Counted from the first letter of the whole stretch, positions 12,956 through 26,733 are shown. The stretch is DNA of 61,969 nt, filler included, from Rhabdomonas costata (GCA_019059605.1; 29 parts of 29 records of this genome joined end to end with filler, not necessarily neighbours in it), one strand, 5' to 3'. The notes: generated by a model from the letters alone, not told the origin. Made by a program: numbers and translations.

Positions 12956-13312
12956 CTATGGCGATCTGTGGGATCTCACTTCAAAAAACGAGGGAGAGGG
13001 GGTATTGTGGCCCGAGAAACGGATGGGCTTCACGTACTTGTCGAACATCGTCTTGTACGCGATGAGGAGGAGCATGACGGGGAAGATTTCCCACGGAACA
13101 ATGTGAAAGCGAGGCTTGAGCAGAAGTCCGTTCGGGCCATTGGCACGGATATCCCGGCCCCACCACCGGAGAGTGCCATAGATGCCCCTGTTCAGGATGC
13201 CGTACCCGTTGTGGCGAGTCCTCGACAGCAATGTCGGAATGGGAGGTCTCGGGATATCCAGCTTATTGGGGGTGTAGTATTGCGCATCGGAGGTGCGGAC
13301 ATCCAACCCCAT
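12956..13312 (-). CDS. Small single-exon protein (118 aa) with one C-proximal TM helix
   Basis: ATG ~35 nt after a pyrimidine tract and AG (cccctcccctccggtag). MGLDVRTSDAQYY..IVPWEIFPVMLLLIAYKTMFDKYVK; C/G-ending codons dominate. Confidence 0.65.
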   Translation of the reverse strand: MGLDVRTSDAQYYTPNKLDIPRPPIPTLLSRTRHNGYGILNRGIYGTLRWWGRDIRANGPNGLLLKPRFHIVPWEIFPVMLLLIAYKTMFDKYVKPIRFSGHNTPSPSFFEVRSHRSP

Positions 13313-14996
13313 TGTGTACGGAAGATATACGAGAGTTGACAAAGTCTACCGGAGGGGAGGGGATGCAGGCGTTTGTGAACACAAGGAAACCGAACCCCCT
13401 CGCGGCATTTAGTATACGAAATGTGGCCCACTTTACTTGCCAAACAACCACTCCGATGCCCGGAAACCCTGCAGGAGACAGACATCTTCTTTGTCGCACG
13501 GAGAGCATTGCTCTTGTAAGTCCACTCTTCCTGAAATCGGGCAGCCCAGGAAGAGCGACAGTGACGAGGGCCGTGGACTCAGCTACACTTATCAAGGTTG
13601 AACTGGTTGTTTTTAACCTCCCACCCCCTCCCAGAATCAGAATAACTGTTTCTCAACAGTTTGCCTTTGGGCATCGGGTCTATCCATTTGTTAATATTCC
13701 CTGAACACAAATTATCTCCAAAGAGTAGTGCACCGCAACGCTTCGCTTCAGGGCATAATGAAATCCGGGATTAAGGCAGAATGTCAGTCAGCGTAATGAC
13801 GCAAAACAACACCCCACTTTTTTTAAAAAGCAACAATCATAACGGATTAATAATGATAACGGACTCTCATACCGAAAAAACTCGGCCCCTATATTGAATG
13901 AAGAAGATTTCCAAGATGCTGTTAAATTGGAATGGCACCTCATGCTCAGAATCCAGTATGCACCAGGCGCCCAGGGTGTGCCAAATTTACATTGAGATTG
14001 GTTTTGACGTACAGTTAACCGTCATCAATACCTTGCCATCTGAAACCAAAGGACGGTAATTCGAATTTCAAATTCGCCCGTAATCATATCTGAATCAACG
14101 AGCCGCAGGAGAAGAACGACAGAACGAGCTGCACAAAGTAGAGCATAAAGTAGTGAGGTTCAAGGAAAAATTACCCAGCCTAATAAAACAGGTAAATAAC
14201 TAGATTAGGACGCTAAATGCGTCGAAAATAACAGCAATAATCGAAATTCACCATGATAGAACCGCAAGACCAGAGAGAGGAGTTAAATTACAGAGCCTTT
14301 CGGTGTTTATCCAAAAACCAGTCTTCCAGCTCGGACAGGGTATTGCTGCCCCAGTCAGGAAGGACGACGTCAGCGCCATGAGACAGCAGCTCCTGCAAAC
14401 CCACATACATGCATACACAAAACCGGGGAGAGTTTCACCGAAAACTGAGACTTCTCTGAGAGCAGGTAGAGGACACGTTCCGGGCTACAAAATCGAGACT
14501 GTATGTGCGTCGCCTGATGTTTGCGATTGTACCGTAGGTGCACGCCGAGCACTAGGAACACACCCAGGGAAGCTTTAAAAAAATTGTTCTTCCGCCAAAA
14601 CCTCGTTTTGCACTGTTGCGCACCTAAAGGATGAAACGACAAATAATTTACACCTTCAAAGCGAGAAAACAAAATTTTAACACATTCGCCTCCAAAGCGG
14701 ACCCTAAATCTGTGCGATCTAATGATCATCACGAAAAGAACAAGACCAGCCGGCTGTGTGTGTGTGCGCGCTAAGTAGAACCTTGAAAGATCTATCTCAC
14801 CAAATGAACAGGCTGCCGATGATACGAGGTCTTTCTGAAAACCTGGCACGTCTCCAGAACGGCGCCCCCGCTCGTGCTCTATCGGATTCAAAGAGGNNNN
14901 NNNNNNNNNNNNNNNNNNNNNNNNNNNNNNNNNNNNNNNNTTAATTAATTAANNNNNNNNNNNNNNNNNNNNNNNNNNNNNNNNNNNNNNNNNNNN

Positions 14997-15165
14997 TTTT
15001 TTGTGTCACCACCACAACCAAGGCAAAGCAAAGGACGATGCAAAGGCGAATAGAGAGGAGCCGAGCAGGCTGGCGTTCCTCAGGAGGGTCGGGCTGCCGG
15101 GGCATCCGGCTCGAGACAAGAGGGTGTGGACTCGAAGGGAGTTGATCCTCGCCCAAAGCAGACAT
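14997..15165 (-). CDS. N-terminus of a type II membrane protein (truncated by contig end)
   Basis: Pyrimidine tract and tttttgag 8 nt before ATG. MSALGEDQLP..RLLSIRLCIVLCFALVVVV. Confidence 0.5.
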
Positions 15166-17563
15166 CTTGGTGACTCAAAAATGCAAGCGCACGTTCACTT
15201 CATACAAATTCGAGCGAGCGAGCGAGAGAAGAGAGTGTGTGTAAGTGAGGTGAAAGGGGTGAACTCTGCTGAATGATCTGATGCCTTACTGGAATGACTG
15301 GCGTTTCGACTCTGGCGGTGTGTTTGGGTCATCATCAGCAAGGCATCACCTCCGCTTGCCTTGGACTTGAAAGAGAGAGAGAGACCGAAGTGATGATTTT
15401 AATGCCGCTTACGTGCGAAGCGCAAAAATCTAGACATCTCGCGAGGAGCATCTCATCTCATCCGAACACCGATTTCGTGCCCCTGGCCGAGCAAACACGT
15501 GAAACCACCCGATAAGTGAGCACCACGGCTGTTCCTCCCCGGAAAAACTTCTCTGGTGGAGCCCCGCGCTGGCGGCCGGATGACGGTGATGCGCACCGCT
15601 GGAGATACCGCGTTTTGCCTCTTATAAAACAGATCAAGCGGACCGTGATAAATGGTCTCCTAGGGGTTTGTGTTCCCCAGCAACAAACATAGCTTTCAGT
15701 TCAGTAAGATTGAACAAAACACCATACAGGGGGAAGAAAAATAGAAATTGCATTTTTATACCCTTTTCAGCTTTCAACACGTGACAAATGGAGACGGCGA
15801 AAAGCGGCATCCACGCTGGACATCCCGTTCTTCAATGACTTCCAGGTACTGCGCCTCCCTAGTTTCCCTCCCTTGAGCTGCCCAGGGACAAGCTTACCGT
15901 CCTTGGGTCCGGGGGACCACGTGCTCAGGGAGGTACACCTTTCTTTCTTTACGCCCGAGGACTCAGCTGCCCGCGACCAGTTCCAATAAAAAAGACAGTG
16001 GAGAAATGAACCACAAGTACAGCTCGCACGAGGGGCAATTCTTGTCCCGTGAAGATGAAAAACCCAACGACAACCCCACTGGAATGAAAAATGTCCGTTC
16101 ATCATGAAAAAAATGACTTTGATATGCCAATTGCGCGACCCCTGCAAATCAACCCTTCAGTACATACGAACGAACAACCGAATGTTGTATTTGGACAAGA
16201 AACGGTGCTGCTTACAGCTTTCCTCCAGAAAAGCTCAGCAAAGAGCAGCCCTTGTTTGCTAGCCCATGCAACCGAGAACCATGAACCACAGCAATGAAGC
16301 AAGAGCGGAAGCAGTGTCTGAGACCAATAGCCGCAGCAGCGCCGGGATTTCTATCTAAGAGGTACCCGCACCATACTCCTCAATTACACTCCGAGGAAGG
16401 TGCTGCGAGGGTTCTCCGGAGAAGGACGGGGCTTCGGCTATTCCAAAAGCCCGTGGGCCCACCACTGCTAGCGCTTCTGAAGTGCACAGTAAGGCGGGCG
16501 CTGGGAAGACGGCGAGACTGACGCGGAGCCCAAACCGCATTCTCTCCGTGGAGATGGCCCTGCGGCAGGAGGGAAGGGAGCTTCTGACACAGCACTTGCA
16601 ACCGAAGATGACACTAGAAAAATGGGAGGGAGGGGCTGTGGATGTGGGTGCTGTTAGGTAAGAAGGCCTGAAAAGCGGTGGTTGTGGTAGTAGTAGCAGC
16701 ACAAAATCCTTGCTATGTTTGGTCGCTCATTTTGAGCTGGCTTCGTTTTGGTGCGAAGAATGGCCGAACACCCCCAAAATAGATCTCTTCGCCCAGAATT
16801 CAATTCAATCAATAATTCTTTCTAGACTTTTCAAAAGTAGGGAGGTCCATTCCCCTGGTAAGCTAGAGGAAAATGGACAACTCTTCATCTGATACACCCC
16901 CCCACATACACACACACTGCGAGATGCCACCTACCGTGCTGTGGTGTTGTCCAACACGCAGATCAGGTCAGGCACACAGGCCAAAACGGCGCCCGTGGAG
17001 AGGTCCCGCACACAGAGGTTCTCATTCTTATACACCAANNNNNNNNNNNNNNNNNNNNNNNNNNNNNNNNNNNNNNNNNNNNTTAATTAATTAANNNNNN
17101 NNNNNNNNNNNNNNNNNNNNNNNNNNNNNNNNNNNNNNGGTTGGTGGGGTCACCACAAAGAGCCATTGCTGCGAAATGTTCCTCATTGGGAAAGCAATCG
17201 TCAACCATGGGCGACCAGATTTCAGGTGGGTGATGTTTTGAGGCCCAAATGAAGATCCAATCCGACTGTGGTGTGAAGAAAACGTCTCTCGCACTCTCGG
17301 ACCGTATCACCATCTCAAGAAAGATTGGCTCTAAGGTCGGGCTTTTTATTTTCGGGACGTAAGCGTTGAATGTCCTGCGACACGCGGGGGAGGCCGAAAA
17401 ACTGAAAACCTGGCAGCGCGCCTTGTGGTGTGGTGTCATTCATCCTTTCGGGCATATCACTGCTTCCTGCCATACTGCTTTCTTTCACCCCGTAGTCCAC
17501 AAATCCATAACAATCAGCCCAGGACGAGTCCCTTTGAGACCGATGCAGCCTCAAGTCCACACA

Positions 17564-18966
17564 TCACGCTCCGTGCATAAATGTAATCACGTCGCCGTCC
17601 TGCACTTGGTACGCCTTGCCCTCCCACCGCGTCCGCTGCGCAGCTTCCTTCTCACTACCACAGGTGCAGTACTCCGCATACGGGATCACCCCGGCCTTGA
17701 TGAATGCCTTCTGAAAGTCACTGTGAATCGCCGCTCCAGCCTGAGGGGCTGTGCACCGGCGGGGCACAATCCACGCCCTCACCTCCGTCTCAGAGGCCGT
17801 GTAGAACACCTTTTCAGTGGCAGACACACAGACACACAGTTGAAACAGCAATCACCAAATAAAAGGAGCGACAGAACGTTGGGCACTGAGAGACGCCTCT
17901 TTGTATAGCGGTGCCTTGTGGGAGCACTTCTTCTCGGGTGTTCTGTTTCACATGGGGTAACCCTATTCTGCTGGTCGTGAAGACACCAAGAGTCAACTCA
18001 TCAAACCCCTTTACCGTCGATGTGTGGACCAGAGAAGGGAAAGGGTGAAGAGATGCAACCCTCTTGAGCAACTTCTCTGCACTACTGTAGTTTGAGGTTC
18101 AAGGGTAGGGTTTGCTTCCAACACTGGTGTAAGACCAAGACCACCGAAAAAAAATGATAAGAAAACCAGGAAGAATGACAGAGGTACAACAAAGTACGGC
18201 CGGTTTCAGCACAGAGGGAGCAGAGGTGCAAAGAAATAAGCAACGCCTGAACCTGCAGGCCCAGAAGGTCGTACATAGCTCGCACAACCCCGCCCAAGGA
18301 GGAAGACGGCAGCCCGTACTCTTGCAACACCCGGCCCTGGTCCTCGGGACCGTACTGCGTCAGGATCTCCTCTAGGGTGGCAGAGACCACTTTCACGGGG
18401 TACGTGGCTCCTAAGTTACCCCCCAATCCCTCCTCTTTTAGAGCTTGCACTTCTGGTTTGCTGCATTACACAACCAAAACAAATCGATAGGTTATCTCGG
18501 TAATGGGCGTGCATAGTTCGGCTTTGGATGAGGTACATTGAACCATGTTTAATTGTCTGTTCCCCAAGCCCAATTGTTGAACCAAAGAAACTGTCATCAA
18601 AACTCATTCAAAAAGAGCACTCTGTAATTCCACAGTTTAAAATGCAGTTAACCAAAACTTAGTGAATATGGAGTGGAAAGAAAGAAAGCATATCGCAGTT
18701 GAACACTAAAGGGTAAAGGGCACGTGACAAAAAAGCACTCAGTTCCGCACACACAAACCAAAGTGCTCCTGCATGGCTCTGGAGTGACGGTTCCCGGTCG
18801 CTGCCTCGAGCTCGCCCACGTTGCATACGTACACCATCTTCTTGGAGGACAGCAACTGGAACGTCGAAACCACGGCGGCCAGATCCTCGTCCAGGGGCAT
18901 GTCACGAACGGCTTTGCCTTCGCTCAGCCAATCCGAGCAACGTTGAAGCAGCTCCGAATGAGGTCC
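17564..18966 (-). CDS. ychF: Obg-like ATPase YchF/OLA1, C-terminal part (3 exons)
   Basis: Exons 18966-18759 (QLLSSKKMVYVCNV), 18410-18253 (VSATLE..YDLLGLQ) and 17809-17564 (FYTASETEVRAW..TAPQAGAAIHSDF..EGKAYQVQDGDVI*). GT-AG, in phase. Confidence 0.95.
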
Positions 18967-19727
18967 CTGGCAGGCAAAAGGAAGTACAGCCGAGTGGGAA
19001 AGGGTGCTGCATTGCACAAATGGCATCACTAATGTGCATGGTGCAGCACGACAAAATGGGAAGGAAACAAAGAGGAAGGAAGAAAAGGGAAAAAGGCGAA
19101 TGTCAAGCTCACCAGTGTGCGCAAATGAGACTTAATCTGAGCCGTGCAATCCCACAACCCAACCAAACACACCCACCACNNNNNNNNNNNNNNNNNNNNN
19201 NNNNNNNNNNNNNNNNNNNNNNNTTAATTAATTAANNNNNNNNNNNNNNNNNNNNNNNNNNNNNNNNNNNNNNNNNNNNGTTGGGGTTTGTGAAGTGTTC
19301 GTGTGCTGTTGTCTGGTTGCCCTGGCTTTGCGTGAGGATGGTGTTGGCTTTACGGTGTTCGGTACTTTGGGTGTGTTGCTGTGGACATGTTGGCCTTGTG
19401 GTGGGTGTGGAGTGGGTGCGTTGGGTCCGTAGGCTGTTGTTGTGTGGTTCAGTGTGGTTGCATGTGCTTGTGCGGTAGTGTTGGAACGTGTGGTGATGGA
19501 GTCGGGTGCAACAGGTGGGGTGGGTACGGTGTTGGGAGGTGGGTGTGTCGGTGTGGAGGTGTTACGTGCTGGTGGTGCTGGTATTTCGTGTGGTGCAGGG
19601 ATTTCGTGTGGTGCGTTGCCTTCCGGTGTTGCTGTGGGTCATGGTGGTGTTCAGGGGTTGGTTCATTGCGACGTTGCCTTCTGAAATTCGTTTTCCGTCC
19701 ATTCTCTCCCTCCCTCTCTCCCGACAG

Positions 19728-20600
19728 GCGGTTTCCAAGAAGGCACTGGAGGAATTCCCCTCGGAGGACTTCGACGTGGTGACGGCGATGAACGTGCTCA
19801 GTCACGTCGCTCGGCCCGTGGAGTTCTTCATGGCGATGGCACGGCTGCTAAGGCCTGGGGGCTGCCTGTGGATCTCGACAGGTGCCTCTCCCACCATCTC
19901 TCTCGCTCGTAGCCTGCACGTGGGTGTGGGTGGACGATGGCAACTGGTACGACAACTGGCCCCTGCAACTGCACCTCTCTTTATATTTCCCTTGTCTTGC
20001 TTGCCCTTTCTGCGCCATCAACAACCCGGTCGCATTTCTGCTCCATCCTCCTCTCAGTCCAGGGCACGAACCGCGGTTTTCTGAGTTTCATTTTTTGTTC
20101 AGATTTTCCACCACACTCGGGCGTAAGCTCGGGCTGCTTTCGGACTCCTTGGGCTCCTCTTGCAGTCGACGTGAATGGTTGCAGTCCCTATCAGCAGAAT
20201 CTCCTTGTGTTGCGTTCTTGGCTTGGCTCTGGGCCTGTACCGAGCAATTGCTATATATGCTTCAGAGCGCCGGCATTTTCACTTTCGCTGTTTTTTGCAA
20301 ATGATTTTATTGCATTTTCATTGTCGCTGTGTGATGTGTCACGTGCGGGTGAGCGTGGATGGTTGCCTCCCAGGCAACGCTGCTGATGTCCCTGTGGGGG
20401 ACGCGCCCTCCCGGTTTGACCTTCCCGACCACCTGGGGTTCGCGGGTAAGGCGCACGTCTACACTATCTTCCACCGCTGCGGGTTGAGGATGGCGCAGTA
20501 CCAGGAGTTCAAGCACTTCTGGCACAACTACCGCCCGCTGAAGCCCGGGCGATTTCGCGCGATCTACGCCAAGGGCTGTAAGCCTCCGGCCGCAAGCTAG
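19728..20600 (+). CDS. Class I SAM-dependent methyltransferase, C-terminal part (2 exons)
   Basis: Exon 19728-19881 FPSEDFDVVTAMNVLSHVARP..RLLRPGGCLWIST; exon 20374-20600 GN..LPDHLGF..TAG. Confidence 0.88.
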
Positions 20601-22023
20601 CCGCCCTGTACGGCGTGACGAGCCGTCAACACCTGCGTGCAATCTTAGGTAGCAGGTACCTTACCTTTGTCGCACTTCAGGTCAGATTCAGACTTCTGCA
20701 ATGTTCATTCTACCTTCATCGCACTGTGTGGCGTACTGATGAACTTTTTGTGATGTTTGCTGTGCGGTGAACCTGTTGAACCCGTTAATCCTTTTGAACC
20801 TACCGAACGACTTCGACATGGAAACGCGCGCGCGCGTGAGAGACAGAAACAAAGAACGTCCAGAAGTTCGGGTGGTGGCAGTTCCGGTCCGTTCGCCGTT
20901 AGCACCCATCTACTTGTCATCAAACTCTTCCCGATGGTTCAAAATAAGGGACCCTATAAATGCCTTTTACGCTTTACGCTTGCCGGTTCCACCGCCGCCT
21001 TTCTTTTTTCGCGAAGGCTGTGCTGTTTTATGCCTGGCGACATTGCCTCAAAAAAAAGAAGTGTGCACGGTTGTTTTTAATGCTTGCTGCCGCCAGGCCT
21101 CTTAACGAAATCCTCTGCCTTTGCCAAAGCGCCGTTCCATTTCTATTCTCTTCAAATTGAAAACGTGCAAAGAGTTTGTTCCTTGGGTGGCGTGGGCGGG
21201 CCCCATCTGAAATCGGGGACGTTTGTAAAGTTTATATTTTCCCGGCTGCGCCTTCCCGACTGCGCTCTTGGCACCCCGTTTGTGCGGGTATACCTTGTGC
21301 AATTTTCCAAACACNNNNNNNNNNNNNNNNNNNNNNNNNNNNNNNNNNNNNNNNNNNNTTAATTAATTAANNNNNNNNNNNNNNNNNNNNNNNNNNNNNN
21401 NNNNNNNNNNNNNNGGGTTGGGTGCTAGACAGTCAAGCGCATGATGGGGTGGCGGTCCGCGTTTGAGCTCTTGGGGGGGACCACCCTCTGCAAAGGTTAA
21501 GCTAGACTCACGCCTGCATTGTAGATTCTCTGTGCATCCCGCGTAGCTTTCATACATGTCACCCGGCGTCGAGGCACTGGGAGGTAAAAAAAAAATAGGA
21601 GAGCCGTTGAAGGAACAGCACGAACCTTGTCGAGTTTCATTTTCCGTTTTGCAATGAAGGTTTTGGCAGCCACGAAAAAGCAGCCAGGCGGTTGGGCGAC
21701 ATCAAAAAATTGACTTTTGCGTGCCACCGCTGCGCTTGACAGTTATTCTGGAAGAACTTGTACCTGCCCGAAGCTCCACCACAAGTCAACACGTGGAAAT
21801 GGATCACAGTACATTCATCTCCATTGCGTGGGGGGAGTGTATGCTCCGCTTCACTGCGTCTCGGGCACGACTCGGATTAAAAAGCCAGCCACACTAGCAC
21901 CTAACTCACCACTGCGGAGGAAGCAAATAAGGAGCGATGAGGAATCGGAATCAACGGACGGCAGCAAAACACACACAGAGAGAGTGCGTCTGTGGGTGTG
22001 GGTGTGGGTGTGGGTAAACGTAC

Positions 22024-22203
22024 AGGTATGAGGGAAAGTTGGCCCCCAGAGGGAGTAGGAGGGATGGGAAGCAGGTGGAACCAAGGTGATAGGATCTCCG
22101 TTGAAGCTTTGCTCTGTAGCAGTGGCACATCCGAAGAGACCAAAAAGAACCTGGTTCTTGCTAGGATGATGGTGGCAAGTCTCAAGCGGACCAAGGACAT
22201 TTT
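22024..22203 (-). CDS. Putative internal exon, unknown protein
   Basis: ttctcccag|180 nt open frame|gtacgt, phase 1-1; no recognisable domain. Confidence 0.35.
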
Positions 22204-23990
22204 CTGGGAGAATGGAGCTTTAAAGTTCCGATACTCTCATCAAAGGTGGCGGGAAATGACCACCCCAAATGGTTTATGCGAAATTTGCCATACCGCAAGA
22301 AGTTCGTCGACCCCGTGGAAGTCGACAAGTTCACAGACTAACTGAAGCGCCTTACTGTTTTATATCGCTATGGACATTTTCATCTCATGAACTAAATATT
22401 TTTAATAAGACACACAGTGGCAAACACAAAACGTGAGCTGGTAAGACAAAATCGTTGAGAACAGATCAAGAAAACCTTAATTCTGCGAACTGCTGTAAAG
22501 ATACCACGCCGTAATACATGATACTTTGTCCACAAGTTTTATACTATCCACATCGCTATCAAGTATCAATAAAAATGTCAAGGGCGATATTATCCACTAT
22601 GGGAGTTTTGAAGGTTCCCTCTTTTTCTGGTTCGGTTGCCGTCTCCATTTTAACACGACATGACACCAACCATGAACGGGTTACCCAGGGTGCGGTGGTG
22701 GGCGCCCACTGGTGCCGAGCCATGCCCCAAATAAAATCGCGGCAGACTCCCACACACTCACCCGCACAGCGCCGAGAAATGAGAACTAGAGGGAATTGTT
22801 TCCCTTTTCAGGGCCGTTTTCTTCGATTCATTGCCTTTGTGATGGCATCTCACCGCCACGGGTGTCAGCAATCGTAAGAAAGGCATGCTCTGTGGCGCTT
22901 TCGGACAGAAAGAAGTACCAGACAGCAATTGATACAGAGAGAAGTCATCCGAGAGAGTGCCGTCACCTTCACGTACAAAACGCACAGCCGGAAAATGCCG
23001 CCAGTTAGCGACGAGGAAAGGGATCAGCACGCACCAGCGTGCCGCCAGACATCAGGAGGCTAAAGGCTAAATTAGCCCCCCAACTACTCGTGACCACCAT
23101 TTGCTCCTCTTCCCTCCCGGAAAAAGCAGAACATAAGCCAAAGCTATTAAATGTGTGTCACAGTCAAGGGGGAGGGACCAACGCACTACTAGGAGGGATA
23201 CAACCCCACACAACCGTACAAAAGCAGCACACAGCGCGAAGCTACAACGGTGAAAGGATCGCGGAGAAGGGAAAGTTCAGGAAGTGCTGGCCATCCGAGA
23301 GCACGGCTCGGGGTTATGTCGCCCACTCACCCGTGAACCACTCTGCTTATCAAACAGGAAACGGGCTCAGATGAACCGCAGCTCCACCAGATCATCCTCG
23401 GTTAACCAGGCATCATCTGCGCAACCCCACCCCTCGTCTTTGAGACCCCACCACNNNNNNNNNNNNNNNNNNNNNNNNNNNNNNNNNNNNNNNNNNNNTT
23501 AATTAATTAANNNNNNNNNNNNNNNNNNNNNNNNNNNNNNNNNNNNNNNNNNNNGTTGTGTGGGGGAGACGGAGCCCGCGGAGGGGCACGTGCAGGGGGG
23601 TGCTCTAACCACCCCAGCAGTCCAGTCAGGCGGTCCAAGAAGGCGTGCTTGGACTGTGCAAGCCATGAACAGACAGCCTCTTCCCCATACAAAGGCAAAT
23701 AGGAGAGCCTCATAAATCCAAACATCCGCCCTTGAGAGCACATCTCAAGGACAGACAAATTATTAATGAGTCAACGTCGATCACCGAAGCATCAGTAAAA
23801 AAGTCCAAAACAGAAGGGAGGGTCAGCCGCTCAAAGATCATGCAAAGCCCGGGCGTCATGGGCAACGAACCGCTTAAAAACCCAATGTCCAACAACTCTT
23901 TTGCCAGACAGAGAGCAGATACGTGGACGGATGAATCCAGGAGAGAATAAAATAATGGAACCAGCATAGATGTCCCTCACGTACACCCAC

Positions 23991-24696
23991 GCTGTCTGTC
24001 GGGAGCCATGGAGTGCATGCTCGCCCACAACAGGCCAAGGTCCACCGCCTGCCCCACGGCTCCTCGCAGCCCCCCGGGTTTAATTGAGCAGCAAGTAGAG
24101 ACCCAAGGGCCCACAGAGAATAAGAGTTGCAACGACTCAGTGAAACACGGTGACAACGCCCAGTGACATGAGGCGGCAGGTGACGAGAACCGAAAGAGAA
24201 AAAAGGAACCTTCTTTCGGGAGGTTTCGCATCGAGAAAGGTCTTTCACGCTCCCAGCCTTCACCAGCCCGGCGGCGGCTAAAATGGACACATACAGGCAT
24301 TGGCAGAGACAGAGAAACATAATCAAACAAGGGAAGTTTACCAGACCAACCGTGCCAACTCTACTCCCAACCCCCAACAAGGGAGAATGTCCTGCTCGAG
24401 TCTTGGCTGCGTTCCGTGCAAAGTCAAAGAAGAGAGAGAAGAACACCATGAAAGTGAGTGGCGCTTGCGCAATGGTGCTAATTATCGCTTATGAGCGTTG
24501 AGCTGATATGAGGTAATGAAACAGAGGTCTGAACCAAACCACGCACAGCCGTCACAGAACCTTCCGCGGGAGGTGCACCCGCAGGGGCAGCCGTGTCGAC
24601 GGTGTCCACGAGAACGGGAGCGGAGTGCACAGTCATTGGGGCGGGAAGGTTGGGCATCGTTCGCGGAAAGAGCTGCTCCGCGACAACCCCTAGGGC
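23991..24696 (-). CDS. Hypothetical protein fragment (at least 2 exons)
   Basis: Exons 24696-24540 (ALGVVAEQLFPRT..) and 24062-23991 (GAVGQAVDLGLLWASMH..) join in phase via GT-AG. Further candidate exons lie near 23560-23652 and 25370-25460. Confidence 0.45.
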
Positions 24697-26733
24697 CTGC
24701 GAAAGAGAAAGCCGGGCAGGCGATATTCCGCTAATTGAGTTGATTTGCCCAGCCCATGCTGGTCCCATTTAACAGACATTTCTCAGTGATCAAGCGCACA
24801 CGAAGTAAAACGGATTCTCACACAGGGATTGGTACCTGTTGCTTCCATTAGGTTTCCCGGAATTTTTGAAAACAAAATACTGCTTTCAGCGAAAGTACAC
24901 AGTTAAGCCCGAATTGCAGGGTGACGGCAAAGGGCACACAGAGCGGTCTGAGCTCGGGAAGTGAGATGAAGAAGGCCAAATGGAGAGAAAGGGACGGAGG
25001 ACTATTCCTTTCGGTTTCATAATGTGCGGTTGGTTTGGAGCAGAGGCTCCGCACGGTCAAAGAAGATGACGCTGCTCCCCGTGACAGGCACACAGAAAGG
25101 AAAAGGACTTGATATAGGCCAAGTGATTATGGAGGGAAAATGTGAAGAAAAAAGCAGAGAACACGTGCACTGGATGTGGGGTGATTCAAAAGGGGGTGAA
25201 AGTGACAACTAGTACTCGGGGAAGACAGGGGAGTAACGCGAATGCTGGTTATAAATCGGCAAGTTGTACAAATGTGATGTGAGTTTCTCTAGCTTGCCTC
25301 AGTTTTCCCAATTTGTGATTCTCTCATTTTCTCATTTTCATAGCATTCTCTCAAACAAAAGTAGCCCACACTCAGGATCAGAGCCGTTTGCCGGATGAAC
25401 CCGCCAGGCCAGAACCTCTTCGTGCTTCGCGGCAGAACCCGAACTCGCGTTTTCGAGCTCTGGTGATACCGACTTAATGCATGCAGAGGGAATACGGAAC
25501 AAAAAGAGGGATGGGGGAAGCAAAACAAGCAGCGAAAGAGTACATCCTGCGTTCTTCTCACTATTTTATTATTTATTTCCCCCCCTTTTTTTATTNNNNN
25601 NNNNNNNNNNNNNNNNNNNNNNNNNNNNNNNNNNNNNNNTTAATTAATTAANNNNNNNNNNNNNNNNNNNNNNNNNNNNNNNNNNNNNNNNNNNNTGTGT
25701 TTGTTGATTACGGCAGACGGCAGCATCTCTGTACAGCCAGCCCGCGCTGCTCCTCAACGGCAAAAAGGTTGAAGGCGAACACCCTGCTCGCGCACTCGCG
25801 AGCAGGCGGTTGGGCCTTCCCCTTGGCTTTCCCACTCCACAGTGGTACCTGTGCCTTTTGAATTCGCCTGCCCCGCTGTGTGCTGCCTTCTACGTGGCAC
25901 AAAAATAAACGCGGGGGTGGAGGGGGGCGCAAATTCCGGGAAGGCCTTTGGGGAAGCGCTTCCACAGTGGTCAGGGCTCCTTGGGATGCCATCGGTCAGC
26001 ACTTTGTGAGCTGTGAATTATTTGCTCTCCCCCTGTGTGGATTTACCGTTGTGGTTTTCTGTGCTGCGTTGCTTCTCTTCCGTGTTGGACAACTCGCTTG
26101 ATCTTTCTGTGCCCTTGCTGCTTTGCGTGAACTCTGGTAGTCGTGCCCCCTTCAATGAATTCCTCTTCTGGTTGCCATGATGTTTTAGTGACAGCGGACA
26201 TCACTTCCCTCACTTTGGGTGGCCGCCTGATTTGCAGTGTAAGGGACGTCATTGCTAAGTAGCTAGCAGGGTGCCGTCTGAAGAGTGGTGAGCATGTGGG
26301 GGGGACAGCGTTACCCACCCCCCAGATTGGTGCTGGGAGCACTTTCTAGCACTTTCTACCTCGACACATTCGTTCATGGAGTTCACCGTCATACGCCCTA
26401 ATCCTGTTGGGCCTCAGCCCAACTTCTAATTATCTCAAATCAGTAGTGATTATCCGATCGACCGCGCACCCGTGTTTCCATTGGTGCTCTGGTTCAACCC
26501 ATTATACTACATGGCATGTCTTTCATACCGGCTGCTGTGCCCCTCTTTTTAGACGTTTTTGTTGTTGTTGCTGTAGGGTTCGAACGTAGGGGAACGTAAA
26601 GGGAGAGCCGATCTCAGTCGCCAAACGGTGGGAGAACCCACCGAAGCGAAAGGATCCTTTGCTTCTGCCCGTACCTGAAGAAAGCGTGGGAGAGAAGGTC
26701 ACTGACAGTGAGTAAGGGTAGCCCTCCGAAAAG

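Noticed and set aside
13318..13345. ACTTT...CG stretch as a genome-encoded euglenid spliced leader
   Set aside because: Only the first five and last few bases resemble the leader; better explained as 5' UTR after an AG acceptor.
15767..16702. GC-rich ORFs on both strands of contig 8
   Set aside because: Could not determine strand or frame, or find a domain.
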